A stretch of 63,435 nt of DNA, filler included, from Actinomycetota bacterium (lineage in GTDB: Bacteria > Actinomycetota > Actinomycetes > JAKEEW01), in NCBI GenBank assembly GCA_046725875.1. It is 5 parts of 5 records of this genome, joined end to end, with 100 filler letters (N's around TTAATTAATTAA, not from the genome) between each part and the next. Parts side by side here need not be neighbours in the genome. Positions count along the whole stretch, not along the records: positions 45,480 to 55,512 come from JBKOZJ010000092.1; positions 55,613 to 63,435 come from JBKOZJ010000098.1; 3 more parts are not named here. One strand, given 5' to 3'. The position numbers were made by a program, and so were the translations under genes. Position 1 is the stretch's first letter, and each line of letters begins with the position of its first letter. Shown here piece after piece: positions 47,379-57,172 of the stretch. The notes below the pieces were generated by a model. The model made no database searches and was not told the origin of the DNA. It was given only the letters and a program-made list of their open reading frames with translations.

Positions 47379-49843
47379 CTGTAACCGGCGAGCAGCAGCG
47401 GGAATCCACGGAGGATTCGGCGGATGCTCCGGAGGAGGCCCTTCAGCTGCGCTTCCCGGTCGAGCCCTGGGCGCTGCGGGTCACCGAGCTTGACATGAGC
47501 GCTCTGGCGCAGCTCGAGTCGATCTTCGCGCTCGCGAATGGGCACGTAGGCCTGCGCGGCACTCTCGAAGAGGGCGAGCCGCGCGCCCTCCCCGGCAGCT
47601 ATCTCAACGGCTTCTTCGAGGAGCATCCGCTGCCGCAGGCCGAGTCAGGCTACGGCTACCCGGAGTCTGGCCAGACCGTCGTCAACATCACCGACGGCAA
47701 GCTCATCCGCTTGATCGTCGGCGACTCGCCCTTCGACATGCGCTACGGCCTCACCCGCTCGCACGAGCAGGTCCTGGACTTCCGCTCGGGCCTGCTGTCA
47801 AGACGTACGGAGTGGACCTCGCCGAACGGTCGCTCGGTCCGACTCAGTTCGCAGCGGATGGTGTCGTTTGCCCGCCGCTCCGTCGCGGCAATTGCGTACG
47901 AGGTCGAACCGCTCGATGGCGACCTTTACGTCGCCGTACAGTCCGATCTCCTCGCCAACGAGCCTTCGAACGGCGAGCGCCACGCCGACCCCAGAGCCGC
48001 CGCGGCATTGGCCGCTCCATTGGTGTCGGAGCTCTCTGCCGGTCGGGGGCGGTCCGGTGTCCTCGTTCACAAGACCAAGCGCAGCCTGCTACGGGTCGCC
48101 GTCGGCATGGATCACGTCCTGGAGGTTCCCGGCGAGCTCGACACCTCGCTCGACATCACGGCAGACCTCGCGAGATTCACCATTGCCGCCCGGCTGCCGC
48201 AAGGCACCAAGCTCCGGCTGGTCAAGTTCCTTGCCTACGGTTGGTCACACCGCAGGTCTGCCGCCGCCCTGCGTGACCAGGTCGAGGGAGCGCTCGCCAC
48301 GGCCAAGCTGGCCGGCTGGGACGAGCTCGTCGCCGAGCAGCGGGGGTTCCTGGACGAGTATTGGGCGGGCGCGGATGTAGAGATCGAGGGGGATCCCGAG
48401 CTCCAGCAAGCCGTGCGCTTCGCGCTCTTCCATGTTCTCCAAGCTTCGGCGCGAGCGGAGCAGCGCGCGATCCCGGCGAAGGGCTTGACCGGCCCGGGTT
48501 ACGACGGCCATGCGTTCTGGGATGCCGAGACATTCGTTCTGCCCGTACTCACCTACACGCGGGCGAGCTCGGCGAGGGACGAGTTGCTGTGGCGGTACTC
48601 GATCCTGCCGCTCGCCCAGGATCGAGCCCGAACGCTGGACCAGCGCGGAGCGGCATTCCCGTGGCGGACAATCCGCGGGGAGGAGTGCTCAGGCTATTGG
48701 CCGGCGGGCACCGCCGCCTTCCACATCAACGCTGACATTGCCGACGCGACTGCGAGGTATGTCGCCGCGACCGAGGACTGGGAGTTCGAGCAGGCCGTCG
48801 GGCTCGAGCTGCTCGTCCAGACCGCACGGCTATGGGCGTCGCTCGGCCACTTCGACGGTGCCGGGAATTTCAGGATCCACGGCGTGACCGGCCCGGACGA
48901 GTACACCGCGGTGGTGGACGACAACGTCTACACGAATCTCATGGCGCAGCGGAACTTCCGGGAGGCGGTCGCGGCGTGCAAGCGGTGGCCGGATGTTGCC
49001 GACGCGCTCAACGTCGAAGCCGACGAGCTCGTGCTGTGGACCAGGGCTGCGGACACCGTCTACCTGCCCTATGACGAGCAGTTGCGCGTCCACAGCCAGT
49101 CCAAAGGCTTTACCGAGCACGACGAGTGGGACTTCGAACATACGCCGCCGGAAAACTATCCGCTGCTGCTGCACTACCCGTATTTCGAGCTCTACCGGAA
49201 GCAGGTCATCAAACAGGCCGACCTGGTCCTGGCGATGCACCTGAGGGGCGATGCCTTCACCTCCGATGAGAAGGCGCGCAACTTTGCCTACTACGAGGCG
49301 CGGACGGTCCGGGACTCGTCGCTATCCGCGACTACCCAAGCGGTGCTCGCCGCCGAGATCGGGCATCTCGAGCTTGGGTACGACTACTGGCGGGAGGCAG
49401 CATTCACCGACCTCTACGATCTGTACAAAAACATGGACCTGGGCCTGCACATCGCTGCCCTGGCCGGCGCCTGGATTGCCGCGGTCGCCGGATTCGGTGG
49501 CATGCGCGACTATGACGGTCAGCTGAGCTTTGCGCCGCGGCTGCCGCCCGGGCTGCAGCGGCTGCGCTTTCGGCTCGGCTACCACGGACGCTGCATGGTG
49601 GTGGACGTCGGTCCGCAGTTGGCTACCTACCGGCTGGCCTCCGGTGATCCATTGGAGACTGCGCATTTCGGTGAGCCCATCATCGTTACGGCCGACGAGG
49701 ACACGGTCCGGGACATACCGCCGGCGCCCAAGCTCCCGCCCGTTCACCAGCCGCCCGGGCGTGCGCCGCGGCACCGTCGCCAGCCAGACGCCTCGGCCGA
49801 CCGCCTCGCGGCCCGAAGCGAAACCGAAGCCTCGAAGACCTGA
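47375..49843 (+). CDS. GH65 glycoside phosphorylase (trehalose/maltose/kojibiose type)
   Basis: ESIFALANG.VG.RG, KGLTGPGYDGH.FWD, GPDEY, KQAD, DSSLS. Confidence 0.93.
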   Translation: MTVTGEQQRESTEDSADAPEEALQLRFPVEPWALRVTELDMSALAQLESIFALANGHVGLRGTLEEGEPRALPGSYLNGFFEEHPLPQAESGYGYPESGQTVVNITDGKLIRLIVGDSPFDMRYGLTRSHEQVLDFRSGLLSRRTEWTSPNGRSVRLSSQRMVSFARRSVAAIAYEVEPLDGDLYVAVQSDLLANEPSNGERHADPRAAAALAAPLVSELSAGRGRSGVLVHKTKRSLLRVAVGMDHVLEVPGELDTSLDITADLARFTIAARLPQGTKLRLVKFLAYGWSHRRSAAALRDQVEGALATAKLAGWDELVAEQRGFLDEYWAGADVEIEGDPELQQAVRFALFHVLQASARAEQRAIPAKGLTGPGYDGHAFWDAETFVLPVLTYTRASSARDELLWRYSILPLAQDRARTLDQRGAAFPWRTIRGEECSGYWPAGTAAFHINADIADATARYVAATEDWEFEQAVGLELLVQTARLWASLGHFDGAGNFRIHGVTGPDEYTAVVDDNVYTNLMAQRNFREAVAACKRWPDVADALNVEADELVLWTRAADTVYLPYDEQLRVHSQSKGFTEHDEWDFEHTPPENYPLLLHYPYFELYRKQVIKQADLVLAMHLRGDAFTSDEKARNFAYYEARTVRDSSLSATTQAVLAAEIGHLELGYDYWREAAFTDLYDLYKNMDLGLHIAALAGAWIAAVAGFGGMRDYDGQLSFAPRLPPGLQRLRFRLGYHGRCMVVDVGPQLATYRLASGDPLETAHFGEPIIVTADEDTVRDIPPAPKLPPVHQPPGRAPRHRRQPDASADRLAARSETEASKT

Positions 49844-49982
49844 AACATTCCACGGGCTCCGCGGCGAGCACAGCCGTCTCGCTTCTCCGCCGGTCACTGT
49901 CCCGGAGCATCCGGCACTGTCGGACCGGGCTCGTACAGTCAGGCAACACGCCCGAGTTTTCGATGGTGATCGGAGAGCAGAG

Positions 49983-51635
49983 ATGGCCGTCACCCCGCAG
50001 GTCCGCGACTTCGTCGACGGCTACTGGGCACAGTTCATCGCGCAACACCCTGTGTTCGCCACCAGTGTGGGCGAAGAGGAGCTGGACGACCGGCTGCCCG
50101 ACCTGAGCGAAGGTGGGCTTGCCGACCGGGAACGCGTCAACGGCGCCGCGCTAGACCAGTGCCGAAGGTTCGACCGCGAGGCGCTCGGCCCCGAGGATCG
50201 AGCCGTGCTGGATCTCGTTAAGGCCGTCGCGCGCCGTGAGTTGGACATCGTTCGTTTCCGGTTCGATCGGTTTTGGGCGGTCAGCCATATGATCGGCGGC
50301 CACCTATTTGGCCCGGCACAACTGCCCGGTCAGATCGGCAGCCTCCAGCTGGCCGACACGCCCGCACGTGCTGATCGTTACATAGGGCGGCTCTCGGCCA
50401 TCCCCCGCTACCTGCGCGAGGTCGAGCAGGTGATGGCGGACGGTCTTGCTCAGGATCAGACGGCGCCGCGGCTTGTCGTAGAGCGAAGCATCGATATGGT
50501 CGAGCGGCAGGTGGAAACGCCACCCGCGCAGTCGCCGCTGCTGGAGCCCGTCACCGACACCGGCGTCCGCGAGCGCGTGCAGGGGACGCTCGTAGCCGCG
50601 GTCTATCCGGCGTATGTCCGCTACCTGGCCGCGCTGCGTGACTACGCCGCACGGGCCCGGCCGACGATCGGGCTGAGCGTCCTGCCCGGCGGTGAGGCGA
50701 TGTATGCGGCCGAGATTCGCGGCTGGACCACCCTCAACCTGTCCGCGCAGGAGCTGCACGACCTGGGCACGGCCGAGCTGGCGGCGATCGACGAGGAGCG
50801 GCGCATCATTGCGCGCCGCCTCGGCCATCCGGATGCCGCCCAGGCCGTCGCCCGACTCAACGAGAGCGGCGGAAACACCATCGGCCGGGATGCGCTCGTG
50901 AACTTGGTACGAGACCAGGTGCAACGCGCCTGGACTGCCGCGCCGGCATTCTTCGCCCAGCTCCCCAAGCAGAACTGCGAGGTGCGACCCGTCGCCGAGG
51001 CCCAGGAGGAGCACATTCTCGACTACTACCTTGGCCCGACCACCGACGGCTCGCGACCGGGGGCGTTCTACATCAACACCAAGCCACGCTCGCGGCACAG
51101 CGTGGCTTCGACGACTTACCATGAGTCGATTCCGGGCCACCATTTTCAGATCGCGCTCGCCCTGGAGGATCGTGACCGGCCGGCGCTGTGGCGGTTCGCC
51201 GCCGAGCTACAGGGCGCCGCGTACGCCGAAGGCTGGGGGCTATATAGCGAGCGGCTCGCCGATGAGATGGGCTTGTACGCCGACGACTATGAGCGGCTCG
51301 GCATGCTCGAGCTGCAAGCCTTGCGTGCGGCGCGGCTCGTCGTTGACACCGGTATTCACGCGCTCGGCTGGAAGCGAGACCGTGCGGTCGACGTGCTGGT
51401 TGGCACGGGTCGACGGCCCTGGGAGGCGGCCGCCGAGGTTGACCGGTACATCGCGATGCCGGGTCAAGCATTGTGCTACAAGCTCGGAGAACGCGAGATA
51501 CAGCGGTGGCGGGCGGCCGCCGCGGGTCGAGGTGGAGAGTTCTCGCTTTCTGGCTTCCATGATCGACTGCTGTGGCTGGGCTTCCTGCCTTTGCCGACCC
51601 TCGAACGTGAGCTTGGTGGATCGACCACCGCCTAG
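49983..51635 (+). CDS. DUF885 family protein (metallopeptidase-like)
   Basis: HESIPGHHFQ, EGWGLYSE, RAARLVVDTG.H, EVDRY...PGQAL.YK.G. Confidence 0.9.
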   Translation: MAVTPQVRDFVDGYWAQFIAQHPVFATSVGEEELDDRLPDLSEGGLADRERVNGAALDQCRRFDREALGPEDRAVLDLVKAVARRELDIVRFRFDRFWAVSHMIGGHLFGPAQLPGQIGSLQLADTPARADRYIGRLSAIPRYLREVEQVMADGLAQDQTAPRLVVERSIDMVERQVETPPAQSPLLEPVTDTGVRERVQGTLVAAVYPAYVRYLAALRDYAARARPTIGLSVLPGGEAMYAAEIRGWTTLNLSAQELHDLGTAELAAIDEERRIIARRLGHPDAAQAVARLNESGGNTIGRDALVNLVRDQVQRAWTAAPAFFAQLPKQNCEVRPVAEAQEEHILDYYLGPTTDGSRPGAFYINTKPRSRHSVASTTYHESIPGHHFQIALALEDRDRPALWRFAAELQGAAYAEGWGLYSERLADEMGLYADDYERLGMLELQALRAARLVVDTGIHALGWKRDRAVDVLVGTGRRPWEAAAEVDRYIAMPGQALCYKLGEREIQRWRAAAAGRGGEFSLSGFHDRLLWLGFLPLPTLERELGGSTTA

Positions 51636-51661
51636 ACAATCCATCCGACCTGGAGGGTGTT

Positions 51662-51967
51662 GTGATTGCACGGACTTGGCGAGGCTGGACGACAGCCGAA
51701 GATACCGACGCATACATCAGATACCTGTATGCGACCGGCATCCCCGACTACCGCCGAACTCCGGGAAACAGGGCCGCGTACATCCTCTACCGGACGGTCG
51801 GCGACCGGACTGAGTTCGTGACGCTCACATTCTGGGAGTCCATCGAATCCGTCAAAGCTTTCGCGGGCGACGACTATGAGACCGCGGTGTTCTACAGCGA
51901 GGACGATCAATTTCTCGTCGACCGCGAGACGACCGCAACCCATTACGAGGTCTCCGAGGCCACCTGA
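51662..51967 (+). CDS. Antibiotic biosynthesis monooxygenase-like protein
   Basis: IAR.W.G, GN..A, F...TFWES..S.KAFAG.D...AV.Y.ED; GGAGG RBS. Confidence 0.85.
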   Translation: MIARTWRGWTTAEDTDAYIRYLYATGIPDYRRTPGNRAAYILYRTVGDRTEFVTLTFWESIESVKAFAGDDYETAVFYSEDDQFLVDRETTATHYEVSEAT

Positions 51968-52061
51968 CTGGCCCGGCACTCGACGCATTGCCCTCGGCCC
52001 AGGCATTGCAATTTCTCGAGTGGCGAAATGGCGGCGATCGCGGGCGCCTTGAGATTGGCGC

Positions 52062-52113
52062 GTCAACCTGGGTTGACACGGCTCATGGTGTCAACGTAAG
52101 TTGACACCATGAG
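52062..52113 (+). promoter_or_regulatory. Two GTCAAC-N4-GTTGAC operators overlapping a TTGACA/TAAGTT promoter
   Basis: Sites at 52062-52077 and 52090-52105; the second extends to a 14-bp perfect inverted repeat (52082-52113) covering the ATG. Confidence 0.78.
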
Positions 52114-52339
52114 TGACACTCTGCAGCTCGCCTCCGAGGCCGGCGGTCGCGATCCGGCAGTCGGGCTGCGCGCCGTACGCGCCCTTCGAACCTTGGTCGA
52201 GCGCCTCGAAGCCCTCCAGGTCCACAACGCACGGGACCTCGGCTGGTCGTGGCAGGAGATCGCGCTGCACCTTGGGGTGAGCAAGCAAGCGGTGCACAAG
52301 AAGTACGCCAGGCGCGGGCTGCTCTCGAGGGAGAAATGA
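52109..52339 (+). CDS. Small HTH DNA-binding protein
   Basis: DPAVGLRAV.ALR.L.E.LE..QV..AR..GWSW.EIA..LGVSKQAVHKKY. Confidence 0.88.
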   Translation: MSDTLQLASEAGGRDPAVGLRAVRALRTLVERLEALQVHNARDLGWSWQEIALHLGVSKQAVHKKYARRGLLSREK

Positions 52340-52932
52340 CGATGTTCGAACGCTTCACTGAGAGTGCCCGCGAGGTCGTGCGCCAGGCTGAACTGGAGGC
52401 GCTAGAGCTCCGGCACCGCTGGATCGGCACCGAACACCTGCTCCTGGCGCTCGTTCGTGATCCAGACACGATCAGTGCCCGTATGCTGTGGATTCAGGGC
52501 ATCGACCACGCACGGGTCGCGGCCGCGCTCGCGAGCCTGATCCCTGCCGATTCGGACGATCTCGACGCCCACGCTTTGGAGACCATCGGGATCGACCTCT
52601 CCACGGTCCGGGAGAAGGTGGAAGCCTCCTTCGGCCCCGGCGCGCTCGATGCGCCGTCCGGCTGCCGAGCCGGCCGTCCGAAGCACCGTGGGCAGCTGCC
52701 CTTCACGCGGAGATCGAAGAAGGCACTCGAGCTTTCTTTGCGCGAGGCCCTGCGTTTGAAGCACAACTACATCGCCGACGGTCACCTGCTGCTCGGCATC
52801 CTCCGAGAGGGTGAGGGACTCGCCCCCCGAATCTTGACCGATGCCGGCATCGACTTCGGCGTGCTCCGCCACGACACCATCGCCGCGATGTCCCGGCCGG
52901 CCGGCGGATCAGGCACCGCCGCCACCGCCTGA
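52336..52932 (+). CDS. Stand-alone Clp N-terminal (repeat) domain protein
   Basis: MFERFT..AR, IGTEHLLLAL, PFT..KK.LELSLREAL.L.HNYI..GHLLLG; no ATPase domain. Confidence 0.9.
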   Translation: MTMFERFTESAREVVRQAELEALELRHRWIGTEHLLLALVRDPDTISARMLWIQGIDHARVAAALASLIPADSDDLDAHALETIGIDLSTVREKVEASFGPGALDAPSGCRAGRPKHRGQLPFTRRSKKALELSLREALRLKHNYIADGHLLLGILREGEGLAPRILTDAGIDFGVLRHDTIAAMSRPAGGSGTAATA

Positions 52933-53091
52933 TCGCTGGAGGCACCGCGGGCCGTCCGCGCGGCGCAAAGGCCGAAATGCCCGTGCCCGGGTTCCACCGC
53001 CTCTGGTGTCGGTGCGCGGTCTGACGCACCGTTCCAGCTGATCGGCGCGGTGCGTCCCATAGAGGTTGGGCAGCCTCTAGGGTCTCTTCTC

Positions 53092-53709
53092 GTGGGGACT
53101 CGAGTGCGGCGGCAGCATGCGGCGGCCCGCAGGGAAGAGATCTTACGCACCGCCGTGGCGGAGATCGAGCGCCGTGGCTTCGCCAGCACCCGAGTCGCCG
53201 ACGTGGCCGGTGTGTTGGGCGTAAGCCCCGCACTCGTCTTCTATCACTTCACGAACAAAGACCGGCTGCTCGCCGCGGCCTTCGAGTACGCCGCCGAGCG
53301 GGACCTGCTCCGGCTCGCCAAGGCCAGGGAGACCGGCCGCGCTGCGCTCGAGCGACTGCGGGCCGTGCTCCGGCTCTACTCGCCGACCGGCCCGTCCTCG
53401 CCGGGCTGGCGACTGTGGATCGACGCCTGGGGCGCGGCCCTCCGGGTGCCCGAGCTGCGCGCCGTCTCCCGCCGGCTCGACCTGCTCTGGAAGGACGCGG
53501 TGGCCGCGGTCATCGACGACGGCGTGCAGTCGTCGGAGTTCCGCTGCTCGGATCCGCATGCGGCGGCGTGGCGGATTACCGCACTCCTCGACGGCCTCGC
53601 GATCCAGGTGACCGTTCACCGCGGCGTGCTCACTCGGAAGCAAATGGATTCCTGGGTCCGCCGACACGCCGAGCACGAACTCGGGCTCGCCGAAGGCGCG
53701 CTCAGCTAG
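53092..53709 (+). CDS. TetR family regulator (BetI-like C-terminus)
   Basis: RREEIL..A....RGF..TRVADVA..GVS.ALVFYHF..KD.L; start uncertain. Confidence 0.9.
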   Translation: MGTRVRRQHAAARREEILRTAVAEIERRGFASTRVADVAGVLGVSPALVFYHFTNKDRLLAAAFEYAAERDLLRLAKARETGRAALERLRAVLRLYSPTGPSSPGWRLWIDAWGAALRVPELRAVSRRLDLLWKDAVAAVIDDGVQSSEFRCSDPHAAAWRITALLDGLAIQVTVHRGVLTRKQMDSWVRRHAEHELGLAEGALS

Positions 53710-54091
53710 CGGCGGCACCCTCCTCTCGCGGGCGCATCACCTCCTTGATAAGTCCGAGGGAGACGGGCGGCTGCAACGCCACCGCCGGTAGGTCGTATCG
53801 CAGTGGGCTGCGTTTTGAGGCCGGTGATCCACATCGTGAGTTGATGACGGGCCGGCTCCGATCCGACCGACCGTCCCGGGGGTTCCATGACCTCGTCGGC
53901 GAGCTCGCCGAGCTGGCGGCCGTCGAGGTGCTCGAGTGCCGCGACCGAGACCGGCTCGCCACTGCTGTTCGGGTGGTTCCCTCGCGCACCGGCCTGCCGG
54001 TTCCTAGGGCGGAGAAGGGGTCCGTACTCCAATCCACTGAACGGACGGACCCCTTCTACCTGGCGCGGTCGGTCTGGGGTATCGCGCACGA

Positions 54092-54940
54092 TCAGCGCGA
54101 GGTGTTGCGGAACTTGCGCACGGACAACGGCACGAAGACCGCCAGGATAAGCAGGCACCAGCCCACCGAAACCGGCACCGCATGCTCCAGCGGCCATGGC
54201 ACGTCCCCCGGAGTGTTCGCGCTCGGGTTGCCGAAGAGATCTCGCACCGCGGCCGCCATCGCACTGATCGGATTCCACTCGGCGACCGTCTGCAGCCACT
54301 CCGGCATTCCTTGCAGCGGCACGAACAGGTTGGACACGAAGGTCAGCGGAAACAGCCAGATGAAGCCGAGGTTATTGGCGGCCTCGGGGCTCGACACAAT
54401 CATGCCGATCCACGCGCCCACCCAGCTCATGGCGTACGCGAAGAGCATGATCAGTGTGTAGGCGGCAACCGCACTCACGAAGCCGTCCCGGATCCGCCAG
54501 CCGACGATCAGCCCACAGATCGACATGACGAACAGCACTAGAAGGTTGCGGGCCGAGTCACCCAGGGTACGGCCAAGCAGCACCGCCGACCGCGCCATGG
54601 GCAGCGACCGGAAGCGGTCGATCAGACCCCGCTTGAGATCCTCGGCCAGCCCGATCGAAGTCGCGATGGTCGTGAATGCGACCGTCTGCACGAAGATCCC
54701 GGGGACGAGATATTCCCGGTAGCTCCCCTCCACGATCGGGATCGCGCCGCCGAACACGTAGGCGAACAGCAACACGAACATGATCGGCTGGATGGTGGCG
54801 AAAACCAGGAGATCCGGCACGCGGACGGTCTGGAGCAACTGCCGCCAAGTCATGACGATGGCGTCCGAGACCTTGTGGCCCAAGGTGGGCCGGCCGCTCG
54901 GTCGGGGAAGGCCGGCGATTGTCTCGGTCACGGCGGTCAT
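54092..54940 (-). CDS. ABC-2 exporter permease (DrrB-like)
   Basis: QPIMFVLLF.YVFGGAI, G.IDRFRSLPMAR, WNP.S....R.LFG. Confidence 0.92.
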   Translation of the reverse strand: MTAVTETIAGLPRPSGRPTLGHKVSDAIVMTWRQLLQTVRVPDLLVFATIQPIMFVLLFAYVFGGAIPIVEGSYREYLVPGIFVQTVAFTTIATSIGLAEDLKRGLIDRFRSLPMARSAVLLGRTLGDSARNLLVLFVMSICGLIVGWRIRDGFVSAVAAYTLIMLFAYAMSWVGAWIGMIVSSPEAANNLGFIWLFPLTFVSNLFVPLQGMPEWLQTVAEWNPISAMAAAVRDLFGNPSANTPGDVPWPLEHAVPVSVGWCLLILAVFVPLSVRKFRNTSR

Positions 54941-55512
54941 CGCGAACTCCCTTCCGGCTCCGTTGTGGCTTCGGTCGCCGTCTCGTCGCTCTCCGCGTCT
55001 TCGGCGTGGTGTCCGGTGAGCGTGAGGAACACGTCGTCGAGCGTGGGCCGGCGCATCGCGATGTCGTCGATGGCGATGCCGGCCGTGTCGAACTCGCGGA
55101 CAACCTCGACGAGCACCTTGGACCCTCCCACACTCGGCGCCGTCACCTTGCGGGTATGGTCGTCGACGCTCGCCTCGGCCCCGGACACGGTGGTGATGAT
55201 CTGGGTGGCCTCGGCAATGCGCTCGCGCTCGTGTACGACGACCTCGACGCGCTCACCGCCTACCTGCGCCTTGAGCTCGTCCGCAGTACCCCGCGCGATC
55301 ACCCGGCCGTGGTCGACGACTGCGATCGAGTCGGCGAGCCGATCCGCCTCCTCGAGGTACTGCGTCGTGAGCAGGAGCGTCACACCCTCCCGGACCAGCT
55401 CCGAGATCACATCCCACATCGCGAGCCGGCTGCGCGGGTCGAGCCCGGTCGTCGGCTCGTCGAGGAAGAGCACCACCGGCTGGATGATCAAGCTGGCCGC
55501 GAGGTCGAGCCG
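54937..55512 (-). CDS. ABC exporter ATP-binding subunit (DrrA-like); 5' part missing
   Basis: LFLDEPTTGLDPRSR, LTTQYLEEADRLAD, RPTLDDVFL.LTG. Confidence 0.92.
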   Translation of the reverse strand, partial: RLDLAASLIIQPVVLFLDEPTTGLDPRSRLAMWDVISELVREGVTLLLTTQYLEEADRLADSIAVVDHGRVIARGTADELKAQVGGERVEVVVHERERIAEATQIITTVSGAEASVDDHTRKVTAPSVGGSKVLVEVVREFDTAGIAIDDIAMRRPTLDDVFLTLTGHHAEDAESDETATEATTEPEGSSR

Positions 55513-55612
55513 NNNNNNNNNNNNNNNNNNNNNNNNNNNNNNNNNNNNNNNNNNNNTTAATTAATTAANNNNNNNNNNNNNNNNNNNNNNNNNNNNNNNN
55601 NNNNNNNNNNNN
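55513..55612. other. Artificial contig spacer
   Basis: N-run / TTAATTAATTAA / N-run. Confidence 0.99.
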
Positions 55613-56968
55613 GGCATCGCGCGGTGCCGCGATCCGTAGGCCGGGCACGACCTGCAAGACCGACATGTCCCACATTCCGTTGTGGCTCGCCCCGTCCGGG
55701 CCGGTCACGCCGGCCCGGTCGAGCACGAACGTGACGCCGCAGTTGTGCAGGGCCACGTCCATCAGCACCTGGTCGAATGCGCGATTGAGGAACGTCGCGT
55801 AGACGGCGACAACCGGGTGCAGCCCGCCCATGGCAAGCCCCGCCGCCGAGGTCGCCGCATGCTGCTCGGCGATTCCGACGTCGAACACCCGCCCCGGGAA
55901 TGCCTCGGCAAACTTGTGCAGCCCGGTTGGCACGAGCATCGCGGCAGTGATCCCGACGATGTCCTCGCGCTCGGCCGCGATCTTCAGGATCTCGTCGGAG
56001 AAGACCGATGTCCAAGTACGGGCGGCCGGGGCAACCGGCTCGCCGGTCTGCGGGTCGATCACGTCGACTTGGTGAAACTGCATTGCCTCGTCTCGCCGGG
56101 CCGGCGGGTAGCCGCAGCCCTTCTGGGTGAGGCAGTGGACGATCACCGGGCCGCCGAAGCCCTTCGCCCGCCGCAACGCAGACTCCACCGCGGTGATGTC
56201 ATGGCCATCGATCGGGCCGACATACTTCAGCCCGAGATCCTCGAACATGCCCTGTGGAGCGACGACGTCTTTGATGCCTTTTTTCATGCCGTGCAGGGCG
56301 TCGTAGATCGGGCTGCCCACCACCGGAGTCTTGCCGAGGACGGTCTTGCCCCACTCGAGGAAGCGCTCGTAGCCGCGGGTCATCCGCAGCGTCGCGAGGT
56401 GGTTGGCGAGGCCACCGATCGTCGGCGAGTAGGACCGCTCGTTGTCGTTCACGACGATGATGACCGGGCGGTCCTTCGCCGCGGCGATGTTGTTCAACGC
56501 CTCCCAGGCCATCCCGCCGGTAAGGGCGCCGTCGCCGACCAGCGCTACCACGTTCCGGTCGGTCTCGCCGCGGAGCTGGTGCGCCTTGGCCAGCCCGTCC
56601 GCGTAGGAGAGTGCCGTCGACGCGTGAGAGTTCTCGACCAGGTCGTGCTCCGACTCCCGGCGGGAGGGGTATCCGGAGAGGCCACCGCGCTGCCGCAGCT
56701 TCTCGAACCCGCCGGCCCGGCCGGTGAGCAGCTTGTGCACGTAGGCCTGGTGCCCGGTGTCGAAGACGATCCGGTCCCTCGGCGATTCGAAGACCCGGTG
56801 CAGCGCGATCGTCAGCTCGACCGCGCCGAGGTTGGGGCCGAGGTGACCGCCGGTCTTCGCGACCGCCGAGATCAGAAACTTCCTGATCTCATCGGCGAGT
56901 GTGCTGAGCTTCTCGTGATCAAGGTCGCGTAGGTCTTGTGGCCCGCGGATGCTCTCGAGCAGGGTCAC
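55613..56968 (-). CDS. dxs: 1-deoxy-D-xylulose-5-phosphate synthase; 3' end missing
   Basis: [58 protein letters not shown]. Confidence 0.96.
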
Positions 56969-57172
56969 CCCGCCGCCTCCTTAGCCCGGTGCCGCCCTTG
57001 CCTGGTAAACCCAAGAGTGTAGGACGCACACACTCCGCGTTGATCCGGCAAGCGAACGAAACCTTAGCGACCCGGTTGGCAGGCGATGCGCAAAGGACGA
57101 GCTTCGGTGAGCTTGCCGGATCAAAGCGGGCGAAGGAGGACCGGAGCGGCGCGGGGCCACTCGAGGCGGGGG

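Noticed and set aside
53706..54090. Overlapping ORFs between tetR and the ABC permease
   Set aside because: No recognisable motif in any frame and no clear start; left unannotated.
29213..55612. Four identical TTAATTAATTAA motifs flanked by N runs, and ORFs ending in X-runs or LIN
   Set aside because: Artificial scaffold linkers, not biological repeats; gene neighbourhoods across them are not real.
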